From contig CM052817.1 in assembly GCA_028534125.1 (NCBI GenBank), positions 67,830,001-67,894,000 of the forward strand: DNA of 64,000 nucleotides, in the 5' to 3' direction. Within the stretch, counting starts at the first letter, position 1. Each line of letters starts with the position of its first letter. The DNA is from Lama glama. Taxonomy: Eukaryota. A model generated the notes under the pieces. That model worked only from the letters and a program-made list of their open reading frames with translations, ran no database searches and had not been told where the DNA came from. Made by a program: the position numbers and the translations under genes. Positions 12,401 through 24,345 of the stretch are shown here, in pieces.

Positions 12401-12889
12401 ATGTTATAAATGAGAAGGAGTTTTCAATGAAAAAGTGCTCTATTACAAACTATGAACGTTTAAAAGATGTTTCAGACTCTTTCCTACTTGTAACAAATTA
12501 TCCAAAACTTTTTAATCTACCTCTTTGGACTTCTAACAGATTTTTCTGGACTCTGAATTTTATTTTGAGTGCTGTGTGTGTGTTTGAGTATGTTTTTATG
12601 TTACAGATCTGGCTGTGTGAACTAGAGAAGTTTCCTACTACTTACTACTAAGGTGGAAGATAGTGCCACCTTGATTCTCACCACCTTTACTTCAATATTT
12701 CAATAAATTATTCATCAGATTTGCAAAAATATAGTTCATTTTCAAACAGAATCATAGATTTTTATTGGTTGAAAAAAATTTTAGAGACTATTTGTTGCAG
12801 AATAAATGAGAAAAAAATTGAGGCATGGGAAGGTAGAGACAGTTGCCTTAAATTGAATAGCAGGGTATTTACCATTCTAATATTAGCCA

Positions 12890-13040
12890 ATATTGACTAA
12901 GTTCTTACATTGTGTTAAGCACCATAGTAGGCATTTCCAGAAATTATTTTATTCAATTCTCACATCATCTCTATTTTTGTTGGTGATACTATCCCCATTT
13001 TACTAAGGAAGAAACCAGGATATAGGATTAAATAATTTCC
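12890..13040 (-). mobile_element. MIR SINE fragment
   Basis: ACTATCCCCATTTTACTAAGGAAGAAAC core-like segment with MIR 3' flank. Confidence 0.6.
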
Positions 13041-13384
13041 TCATACAGTGTGAATTATCCTTGACATTTCCCTATTTCCAAATTTATCACTAAACCCTAT
13101 AGAATATTTTACTGTGGCCATTTGCTCTGCCCCTTTCCATTTCTGCTTCCTTTGCCCTGCCCTTTTCTACTCTGTTCCTTGTGGCTGTAATTTCCTCCTC
13201 CTCGATGTTCTCACCTCTGTGAGCTTTCTCTCCTACCCTCTTCTAGATCTTTCTGTTTTTCATCCTGTTTCCCCCACTCCCCACCCCCCACCCCCCAGGA
13301 TCCATATTGCCACCTTATTTCTAACGAATCAAAATCAACTCCTAAATAGCTGGGTGTCATCATACAATCTGGTTTTTCGAGTTA

Positions 13385-13600
13385 AGAAGATCTAGTTTTG
13401 AATCCTGATTTGCCTTCTTATAAGCTATGTATGTTCTTACTCAACACAGTAGCTTTAGCCTCTCTGAATCTGCTACCCCATCTGTAAAGTGGGAACAACT
13501 AAAAATGCTTATCTCACATGTTGCTGGGAGGGTGAGGTGAGTTATCATAAATAAAGCATCCAGCATGTTACTTGGGAAATTTGTGGTGACTGAATAAATA
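13385..13600 (+). mobile_element. MIR SINE
   Basis: TTTGAATCCTG...TTAGCCTCTCTGAATCTG...CCCCATCTGTAAAGTGGG core. Confidence 0.75.
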
Positions 13601-15120
13601 CTCATTCCTCAAGCAAATGTTGATCATCTGTGTATTAGGCAAGAAGAGGGCTAATTCATGGGAAAGAATACTATGGTTTTTTAAAAATCATAATGAGATG
13701 GTAATTGTTGGCTTACAACCTGGTCAAGTGAGGAATTTTCCAGGATGCTTCCAACCCTCTGCTCAAAGGTGTGATTCTGCAGTTACCTGAATGCGCCTCA
13801 GCACTGGAGTTGGCAAAGCTTTCCCAACCTTGCGTCCTGACAGAGACTGCACAAGACTAGAAGCAGAGTCTCTGAAGAGTATCTCTAGGAGGAAGAGATG
13901 AGGGATTATTTCCATCCCTTTTAGTCTTTCAATGGGGATACAAATTATGAGCCCATACTGTCATCTGTTGCACAGTCATCTTTTACTGCCTTTGTTAGGT
14001 CTACTGAAAGGATACAAACAAGCTTCTCCATAGAAATATGAAATGATAGTATGCTCGACTTACAAATGACTAAGGATTATAGATGCTATTTATTCTTACT
14101 CTTGCATATCCCATTTTTAAGAACAAGAACAGATTCTTTGGCATACCTTGCTTAAAGATAGATAATAGTCTTGCTGTGTTAATCCCAGGAGTTTCCCATG
14201 GGAATGAAAATTCCTTACATGGTGGTGTCATAGGATTTGGGGCCTGTGTAAAAGATATTTTGGAGTGTCTTCCAATTAGTTAACAGTTTAAAATTATATT
14301 AGCTATTTATGTGTCAGTAGCTGTCTTTAAACAATATGAAGTTTCCTTGAGAACCAAGCTCACATCTTGTATGTCTGTTGAATCTTCCCACAATGATTAA
14401 CATGCAACCAAGTGCATAGCCGACCCTCACATATGTACATACAAACATAGTTACTGACAGACTTGTTGCTAAGTGTTGGCTGGAAATATCCTTGAGTTCC
14501 ATCCTAAATATGAACTATTATTTCTGGAAAATAAAGATTACAAAAGGAGATTTTTGATTGATTAGTTTTCAGTGACTTCAAAAATTTAGGCACATGGTAA
14601 CAACAAAAAATTTTAAATGATATAATCAAAGTATGTCTTTGTTATTCTTCCCCACAGTAATACATTTAATTCTCAAAATTATCAATTTCAGACCATACTT
14701 TCCTGATTCCCCACCATGAAAGAAGTAAAAAAACAAAAAAATTAGTATTCCTCATTGCCATCTACTTTTCCTCCCCTGCCTTCTGTCAACATCTGATTCT
14801 ATATATTCTCTTCTGCACATATAGCTGTTTCTACTGTGCTGTTTCTTGATGCTAACTGAAAAAAAAACAGCATTTACAATGTGATTATAATAAACAGAAC
14901 TCACTATAACACCAAATGGTGTGATTGAATATGTAAAGAAGGAAAAAATGATCCTATAGCACTAAAACTTGGTTTGTTGCAAGGATATTTTAAGCATCAA
15001 GGTAAGTGGATTTCATTTTCTAAAATTCCTTTGATTTCTCAAAATTATGTCATGTTTTAGTTTCCTTTCACCCTTGGACTTTGATTTTTCCTGTGAGCTT
15101 GTAATTTTTCTTAAATTCTA

Positions 15121-15635
15121 TTTTTTTATTAAAGAATAGTTGATTTTCTATATATTTCAGGTATATAACAGTGATTCAACATTTTTATGTATTATACTCC
15201 ATTTAAAGTTATTATAAGATATTGGCTACATTCCCTGTGTTGTACAGGACATCCTTGCATCTTATTTTATACATAATAATTTGTACTTCTGAATCACGTA
15301 TCCCTATCTTGCCCCTCCCTGTCTCCCCTGGTTACCACTAGTGTGTTATTTAAATCTATGAATATGTTTCTGTTATATTCATTTGTTTTATTTTTTAGAT
15401 TACACACATCAGTGAAAACATACAGTATTAGTCTTTGTCTGGCTGACATATTTCACTAAGCATAATACCCTCTAGGTCCATCTACATTGTTGCAAATGGC
15501 AAAATTTCATTCCTTTTTGTGGCTGAGTAATATTCCATCCCATCTGTCTGTCTGCACCACATCTTTATCCGTTCACCTCTTGATGGGCATTTAGGTTGCT
15601 TTCATATTTTAGCTATTGTAAATAGTGTTCCTGTG
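15121..15635 (-). mobile_element. LINE-1 3'-end fragment, within older degraded T-rich L1-like sequence (~14.7-16.55 kb)
   Basis: Poly-T start then antisense L1 3'UTR: ATTTCACTAAGCATAATACCCTCTAGGTCCATC...TTGTTGCAAATGGCAAAATTTCATTC...GGCTGAGTAATATTCCAT. Confidence 0.85.
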
Positions 15636-17184
15636 CTTTGTTGTTGTTGTTCTTGATAGAAGAAATATGTTTTCATCATATTGCAGTGATTTTTCAAATT
15701 TCTTAATTATACCAGTTGGTGAATGAAATATATGTTCTTCTTAAGGTCGTTCTTCTCTGTGCTCTCTGATTATTCTGATAAAGTTCCTTCTCATTATTCT
15801 CCTGGTTAGGTCCTTTATTGCTTTAGTCCCATGTTTTTCTCTGTATTTGATTTTTTTTTCCCCTTTTCACTGATGTATGTCCCCAAGTTATTTTATTTCC
15901 AGAAATGGTGCATGGGATGAAAACTAAGTCCTTGCATGTCCAGGTGCGTTAAATTTTTCTCAGAGTTAATTGATTAAATAATGGTATGTAGGATTCCTGG
16001 TTCAAAGTAATTTTCCCTCAGAACTTGGGGGACATTGGTACATTGCTGTCCTTCATCCAGTGTTGCTTATGAGATATCTGATGTTAATACAATTCATCTT
16101 TTTTAGATAACTCTGTTTTAAAGTGCTTATTTTGATCTTTTTATCTCCACCAGAAAATTAAAAGCTCAAAGGAATATCTGAGTCCAAATATATCTAGTCA
16201 TAACTTTTTAAATGCCTCCTTCCCAACATTAAATGATCCTGTACAATCTAGGGGAAAAGTGTCTTTATTCAGCTTTAGGAGCTTTTTCTCTGTTTTACAT
16301 CTTATTATTTATTCTGCTTTATTTTTTTTCTTGTCTATCTTTATGTAACTTATGTTAATTCAACATTAGACTTCCTCAATTTATTTTTCTTGTTTATTAA
16401 ATTTCTTCTCATATTTTCCACCTGTTTTCTCTCTATATTTTATTTTCTCAACTCTCTTGATTTTGTTTTTCTGTTAACAATTGAATTTTACCTTCCAAAA
16501 AGTCTTATACCTTCTGATTGATTCATTTTAATGACAGCCTGTATGTGGCTCAAATTCTATGGAATGAATTAAATTTGCAGAAAAATTAGAGAAACAAAGG
16601 AGTTACATTCTATCCTAACAATCTCTATAAAACAATGCAACCAACTTTCAAAAATGTTTGTATACACTGTATAGTATGTAAATAGATAATATATATATAT
16701 GTATTTATAGTTTTACTGGTACTTTATTTCTGCTCCTTTCAAAGATAATAGTAGTAGTAGAGTCCATTACAGACTAATTTTCAAAACTTGATGTGTGGCT
16801 TTGCTTAGTATCCCCACCTTCATATCCCCACCATGCTTCAGCCTTATAATCCCCAGGCTTAGTCTGTAATTGTGCTTATTAATCCTAACAGTAGAGATTC
16901 ATTCATTGCAGATCTAAGGTGTGACTGACTAGCTAATTTCTGGGTCCTTGAGAACACTTTGCTCATCTTCTATCTTTTACTTACTTTGCTGCTCAGTACC
17001 AGGTACTAGAAAATAAGAAAAGGAGGTACAATTTAAATTTCATCATTTTGCTCTGCTTAGGGATCTTTAAAAATAAATGCAATATCCATAAAGGTATAGT
17101 GTTTTTCTAAGACCCCACTTCCCTAACTTCAGGGAATGAAGGGAACATTAGCAACAACAGGTAAAATATTCAACCCCTCAAAGT

Positions 17185-17990
17185 TTGTTGACTCTAGCTT
17201 TGAAACACGTCCATAATTTGACCATTTCCCACCATTCCACCATTTCCACACTCTTGCAAGCCACTGTCATGTTTAACTTTGAGTCCTGCAATGTCATCCT
17301 AATGGGTCACCCTGCTTCTGGTTTGCATTCCCTTCCTCACCTCACTGTGATCTTTTACCCAACCAAGAAATTCAAGTGATCATTTAAAAATTAAGCCAGA
17401 TCATGCCTCCTCTTCTGTTTAAAGCCATCAGTGGATCCCCACATACTCAAGAGTAAAAGCTGAAATCCTTTCCATGGCCTATGAGGTCTCAGATGACCTG
17501 GCCAATGTTTATGTTTCTGATTCCATTTCTTGCCACTCTTTTTTCTACCTCACTCTCATCTCCATGGCTTTCTTGCTGTCCCAGGAACCAGATGAGCATC
17601 CTCTTTCCTCCAGGTATTGCACTTGCTGTTTCCTCTTCCTGGAACAGCCTTTGTCTAGATATCCACATGTGTTGCTTCTTCCCTTCCTTCTAATCTCTCC
17701 TTGAGTGTTAGTTTTACAAGGACAAGTTCCAGAACCATTTAACAGAACTGCCACACTTTACCTTGTCTCATTTTCTTTCACTAGGTTTTTTTTTTTTTTT
17801 TTGGTCACTTGGCAGAGTATTTGTTTCTGCTTTTGAAAAGAAATTGTTCATTGTCTGCTCCCCCCAGGAGATGTGAGTTCCGTGAGAACAAGGGCATTGT
17901 TTGGGTCACATGTAGCCTCAGCACCTACAACAGTGGCTGGCACATGGCAGGCATTGAATACATATTTGGTGAATGTATGGGTGAATGAAA
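17185..17990 (+). mobile_element. LINE-2 3' region
   Basis: L2 3' hallmarks: GTGAGTTCCGTGAGAACAAGG...CAGCACCTACAACAGTGGCTGGCACATGGCAGGCATTGAATACATATTTGGTGAATG. Confidence 0.8.
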
Positions 17991-18299
17991 TGGTGGGAAA
18001 AAAAGGCAATGATATAACTTTAACTTTACTGTTCTTTGTGTTTTTTTCCTCCTGATTCCTCCCCATCAGAAGTTGAAGATAAACAAATACATACATTCAG
18101 CACACATGGGTGGAATTAGCCTTTCAGATCCACCTGGCATAGCTGAGCTAGTCTCCCAGGAATTTCTAGGGCTGAGGAAACATTTGTAGCTAAAATATCA
18201 TACATATTGGCAACTGTGTTTTTTTTCTGATGTTGTTATAATTGGATAGTATTTCAGTTACATTATGTATTTAAAAGGCTACTTCAAAATATAAACATT

Positions 18300-18404
18300 G
18301 GAGGTGGGGCTACAGCTCAGTGATAGAGTATAGGTCCTAGGTTCAATCCCCAGTGCCTCCATTAAGAAGGAAAAAGCCATAAAAGATTTAAAAAAATTAA
18401 CTTA
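18300..18404 (+). mobile_element. tRNA-Ala-derived (Vic-1-like) SINE with internal deletion
   Basis: A box (TACAGCTCAGTGATAGAG), B box (GGTTCAATCCC), A-rich tail; near-TSD AAAATATAAACATT (18286-18299) / AAAATAAAAACATT (18405-18418). Confidence 0.75.
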
Positions 18405-21009
18405 AAAATAAAAACATTATTTGAGAAGCCACCTTAAGTTTTAAACAACTAATTTATAAATAGACTTTTGGACTCAAACCTCCTGAAAGATGAGCAACGC
18501 TTATGTTCTTCTTTCTGCTTCCTTTCTCTCAGTTGTGTGGTTACAACTTCCTTCTAGCTAGCAGAAATGGCACTGTTTTCAGTATCTCTTAGCATCTACC
18601 ATCATGATGAGATAATATCATTTAAAATATTAGTTCTGAATTCAAGTGTCCTTGACATCTAGTTCATAGTGGAAAATAGTTATAGACAGATGATTCGTCA
18701 ATGCGAATTTTCCAAAGGTTTTGAAACACCTTCTTCATTAAAAAAAAGGGGGTGTGCTTAATGTAAAGCCACAGTGTTTTGAGTGCATTTTTATTTCACT
18801 ATTGCTTTTATTACTAAAGGTTCAAAATGTAGTAGAATTTCAGTGTGATTTGTAAGTTTTATGGTGGGAGCTGTATTTCTGTTTTGTTTAAAGTGTCACT
18901 GCCATTGTCTAGCACAGTGCGTGGAACATTGTAAGCCCACAATAGATATTTGTTGAATGTAGACCAATACTTGTAGAGAATTGTGATTCCAAAGATTTAG
19001 TAGCATAAAAAACCCATATGATTAATATTCTACTTGATGCTAGTGAAATGAAGTACAAACTGATAGAGTAGTTCTTTCTACTCTTCTTCCAAATACAGAG
19101 GATTTTCTGTAATCAGAAGAATTGACTTAATTTTTTTATTGACATAATAGTATGTAACCACATAGCCAGATAACAGAAGCCAGTAGTCCCTCACAGTGTA
19201 ACTCACTGAGGTATCTTCTGAAATCATTAAATTCTATACAAGTGCCACCAAGGTACAACTCTTGAGCTACAACTGTTTCTTGATAAAGGATGCTGGTTTT
19301 TGCTGCCAGTGTTGTATTTGACCATTTGGGGTGACCTACAGAAATAGAGTGGATTCTTTCTTCTGGATTGCATTATTCATTTTCATATGCATGTCTTTAC
19401 CTGTTTTGAAAGTCTGTTTTCTTATCTTTTCCCAAGGCTTATCACCTTCATATGTCCAAAGCTTGCATTTCTCAGACAGGCCAAACAGGATCAGTACATA
19501 TTTGGTATTGCAAAAATGCATGTTGACTTCAAATGAGTTCTTGGGCTTTTCATGTGAGGCTGGGCAGGAAGTTTATTACTATTTTCTCATTTTTAAGTAA
19601 AGACCTTGGACAAGATAGTATTTTCTGAAATTTCACAGAACTTCAAATTAGAATTTGAACTTCAAAATATATACACGCACATGACTACTGCAGCATATCG
19701 CAGATTTTAAGTAAGTATGTTTCATTGCATTTTATAAGTGACTTTCTCATTTCCTTTCAAAGAAAAAAATAGTATTATATTCAAACACGTTTATGTTTAT
19801 GAGAAATATTTCAGAACTATGAAGGTTGAATTCAGGGTTCCTTATAGATTGTTTTAAACTTTCTGCAGTATCATAATGTGAAAGAGCAGAGAGGAAAGTT
19901 ACTTTGGTCTTATTTCCATAAACCAAACTAAATATCCCTTGAGGGAAGAGATGTTGTGAAAAAGAATCTTGCTTCTCAGACCGCTTAAGAATATAGATTT
20001 TGTTCTTAAGAAGTTCACTCCTGCATGCCAATACAAAGGATAAAAAGTTTGCCCATCTTTAACCCCCAAAGAAAAATGTTCATAAAATTGCTATTGACTG
20101 TGTACAGTTTATTAAAGTGATAAGTTCCTAGATTAACCTTTTAAGAAAATTTCAAGATTATTGAAAAGCTTGAGATACCAATGAGTCATTTTAGAAAGTA
20201 AAGGAAATAGTCTAGTTTTGAAAATGACAGATTTGCTACAAGAATGCAAAGTTGGTGAGTAGGAAATTCAAAGAAATTTGCTGATTTATTTTCTCTGCCG
20301 TGTGAATACAAAAGCCCATTTATTCAGATATTAATCACATGGTAAATTAAAACATCTTTGAAAGCAGCCTAATATCCTTAGGGGAGCTCCTCTTAAACTG
20401 GAGTATGAACAGGGTCTAATTTAACAGAGATTAGTATTGCTTGGGAAAAATCTGGAGACTTATTTAGGACTTCAATTTAACAAAATATTGACTGAGGGTA
20501 GATGTATACATGGAAATATAAAACACTGTATCCATGCCTGTAAAAATAATGTACATCATTTCTTAATAGTAGGTAGCAATGACTTCAGAAGACCATAGGT
20601 CACCCTGTAAACATACACATTGAAAAATTATTGAAAACATGAGCTAATATGCTAATCCTGTTTTCACCCAGAACCTCAATTTGATCTGTAACTATACTGC
20701 ATGTACAAATAAAAATTTGAGAGTATCAAAGAGTTAGAAAAAGGCAAATGTTTGTATACATGTAATCTTGGTAAGCCTACACCTTATTTGAGAGGCCTTA
20801 AAAGATGTTTCACCAGTGTATTCTTCTAAAAACTTTATTTGTACATTGTAAAAGTTCTTTTTGAGAAGCAGCTCACTGTGATCACAGAATTTTTAGTCAT
20901 CAGTATTTCCAAATACATATTTTGAAAAGAAGACTTGATATATTACTAGAAAGACATCTGGTTAAAAGTTTTTTTTAAAAGATCTTAAAACAAAACAAAC
21001 AAAACCTGA

Positions 21010-22976
21010 GGTTTTTGATTTCCAGTCCAGCATGTAAGGAGCTTACCATCCTAATGAGTAAAAAGCTGAACAAACTGAAAAATCAACAACTCCTCTTCGC
21101 TTCATCAGAGAAGTCAGGTCACAGGGCAAACCACTGCTCCCAAAATTGGAGAGACAAGTGCCATATTCAGAGAATCATAAACTTGTTGGGGCAGAATCCT
21201 ATGAGTAGAAACGTCCACAGGAACCAGTGCTACGGTGGGAAAAACCTGAACTGTAATTAGCAAATCACTGGAGGTTCAATGTGGATAAAAGTCATGGAGT
21301 AGAAAACTCCAGGGGAACCCAGCTGCTGTAGGGAGGAGTGCACACTTCTGCGAGTTTTACCTCCAGGAGCTCTGCCAGCTCCTCACAGTAAATATTAGAG
21401 GAAAATCCCCTTGTACTTCTGACAGGGTCAGGGAAAAAGGAATGATTTTGAACTACGCCAGAGCATTCTGTTCTTCTTGACAAGGCCTGCCATCGAAGGA
21501 AATGGTTTTACTAGAGCCTAAAATACCTGGGTAAGAGAAATTGCCAACTCCAGATCCCCCTAACCTTCCAAGTGGGAAGAGAGAATTAAACCAGAAATCA
21601 ACAACAAAAAGGCCATTGAAAGATCTCCAAATACTTGGAGATTTAATAACATAATTTGAATAACACATAGGTCAAGGAAGGAATCTCAAGGAAAATACAA
21701 AAAATATTTTGAACTATAAGAAAATGAAAATACGACTTACCAAAAAATTTTACAATGTGGTGAATACAATGCTTGGAGGGAAGTTTATAGCACTGAATAC
21801 ATATATTATGGAATGAAAAATTTTAAATCAATAATCTAACCTCTCATTTTAGGAAAGTAGACAATGAAGAGCAAATTAAATCCAAAGTAAGCAGGAGAAA
21901 ATGAAAATTAGAGGAGAAATCAGTGAAATTGAAAACAGAAAATCAACAGAGGAGACAGCACTACAGATCCCATGGACATTAGAAAGATAATAAAAGAATA
22001 CGGTGAACGACTCTATCCCCACAAATTTGGTAACCTAGATGAAAAGGACTAATTTGTTGAAAGGCACAATCTACCAAAGCTCACAGAAGAATTAAATAAT
22101 TGGAATAGGCCTCTATTCATTAAATAAATTGAATCAATAATTAACTTTCCTAAACAGAAAACACCAGGTTCCTATGGATTCAGTAGTGAATTCTATCAAA
22201 CATTTAAGGAAGAAGTTTTTATCAGTTTTCTATAACCTCTTTCAGAGAATGGAAGCAGAGAATAATTTCTAATTCATTCTGTGAGGCCAGCATTATCCTA
22301 GTACCAAAACTAGACAAAAACATTACAGAAATGAAAACCATAAAGATGTCTCAAGAATATTGATCCAGAAATCCCCAACAAAAAATGTTAGCAAGTCATA
22401 TCCTTTGATGTGTAAAAGGAATTTTACATCACAACCAAGTGGGATTTGTGCCAGATATGGAAGGCTAGTTCAACATTCAAAAGTCAATTAATATAATTGA
22501 TCACATTAACAGGCTAAAGAAGAAAAACACATTATAGTATCAATAGATGCAGAAAAGCATTTGACAAAATCCAACATCTATTTATGATAAAAACTTAGCA
22601 AACTAGGAATAGAAGGGAACTCACTCAACCTGATAGAGAACATCTACAAAAAACATCTACGTCTAATATCACACTTAATGGTGGGAAACTCTTAAGTTCT
22701 CACTAAGATCAGGAACAAGGCAAGATGTCACCTTTCACTACTGCTTTCCAACAACATAGTATTCTAAGTTGTAGGTAATGCAATAAGACAGGAAAAGGAA
22801 ATAAAAGGTATCCAGATTGGAAAGGAAAAAGTAAAACCGTCTTTGTTCCCAAATGATGTGATCTTCTATGTAGAAAATTTGAAATGACCAAACAAAAAAA
22901 TATCATCTGCAACTGATAAGCAATTGTAGCAAAGTTGTAGGGTACAAGGTTAATGTACAAAAGTCCATCACCTTCT
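21010..22976 (+). mobile_element. Old LINE-1 (L1MC-like): putative 5' region joined to decayed ORF2
   Basis: 21582-22976 is recognisable ORF2 (CAATAGATGCAGAAAAGCATTTGACAAAATCCAAC; AAGATCAGGAACAAGGCAAGATGTC); 21010-21580 resembles an old L1 5' region (less certain). Confidence 0.8.
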
Positions 22977-22979
22977 GAA

Positions 22980-23415
22980 ATAGGTGAGGGAGATTAAGAG
23001 GTACAGACTTCAAGCTGCAAAATAAATGAGTCATGAGTATGAAATGGACAGTGTGGGGAATATAGTCAAAAACTATGTAGTATCTTTCTATGGTGATATA
23101 TTGTAACTATACTTAGTATGGTGGTCAGTGTGAGAGGTATATAAATATTGAATCACTGTATTGTGGAACGAGCTAACATAGTGTTGTAGGTCAATTATAC
23201 TTTAAAATCAAGCAAAAAAACTCAGAAAAAGATTTGTGGTTATGAGAGGTGGGGGGAGGGAGATTGAATGAAGGCAGTCAAAGTACAAACATCTAGTTCT
23301 ATTCTAAGTACTAGGGATGTAATGTACAACATGATAAATATAATTAACACTGCTGTATATTATATATTAAAGTTGTTAAGAGTAAATCCCAAGAGTTCTT
23401 ATCACAAGAAGAAAC
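22980..23415 (+). mobile_element. LINE-1 3'UTR fragment (different subfamily, nested)
   Basis: GGTGAGGGAGATTAAGAGGTACAGACTTC...GTACTAGGGATGTAATGTACAACATG...AGAGTTCTTATCACAAG. Confidence 0.75.
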
Positions 23416-23416
23416 T

Positions 23417-24022
23417 TTTTAATTAAAATATAGTTAATTTATAATGTCAGTTTCAGGTTGCAGCAAAGTGATTTAGCTATATCTTTTTTCAGATTATTTC
23501 CATTATAGGCTAAGATACTGAAGATTCCTGGGCTATACAGTAAATCCTTGTTGCTTATCTATTTTACATACAGTAGTTTATATCTGTTAATCCCATACTC
23601 CTAATGTATCCCTGCCTCTCCTTTTCCCTTTTGGTAACCATGAATTTGTTTTCTATGTCTGTGAGTCCTTTTCTGTTTTGTATATGGATTCATTTCGATT
23701 ATTTTTAGATTCCAAATATAAATGATATTATATAGTATTTATCTTTCTCTGTCTGATTTACATTACCTAGTATGATATACTCTAGGTCCATCCATGTTGC
23801 TGCAATGGCCATATTTTATTCTTTTTTTTTTATAGCTGAATAACATTACATTTTGTGTGTGTGTGCATGTGTGTGTCTACACTGCTGCTGTGAACATTGG
23901 AGTGCACGTATCTTTTCAAATTAGAGTTTTTATCTTTTCAGGATATATTCAGGATCATATGGCAGCTCTATTTTTAGGTTTTTTGTTTGTTTGTTTTAAG
24001 GAACCTCCATACTGCTTTCCAA
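23417..24022 (-). mobile_element. LINE-1 3'-end fragment (nested, antisense)
   Basis: CTCTAGGTCCATCCATGTTGCTGCAATGGC...GAACATTGGAGTGCACGTATCTTTTCAAATTAGAGTTTT...AAGGAACCTCCATACTG. Confidence 0.85.
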
Positions 24023-24029
24023 TTGTCAA

Positions 24030-24345
24030 CAGAAGACTTGAATTGGGTAGTGAAACTATTCTGTAATATACTATAATGTGGATATATGTCCTTCTATATC
24101 TGTCAAAACTCATAGAATGTACAGTATCAAGAGTGAACCCTAATGTCAACTATGGACCTAGGGTGATAGTGATGCGGTAATGATGCGTCAGTGTAGGCTG
24201 CTCAGCTGTAACAAATGCACCACTTGGGAAAGGGATGTTTACAGTGGGGGGAGGTTATACATGTGTGTGGACGGAAGTATGGCAAACCACTGAACTTTCT
24301 GCTAAATTTTAGAGTGAACCTGAATCTGCTCTAAAAAGTAAATTT
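24030..24345 (+). mobile_element. L1MC-like 3' end
   Basis: CAAAACTCATAGAATGTACAGTATCAAGAGTGAACCCTAATGTCAACTATGGAC...GTGAACCTGAATCTGCTCTAAAAA. Confidence 0.8.
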
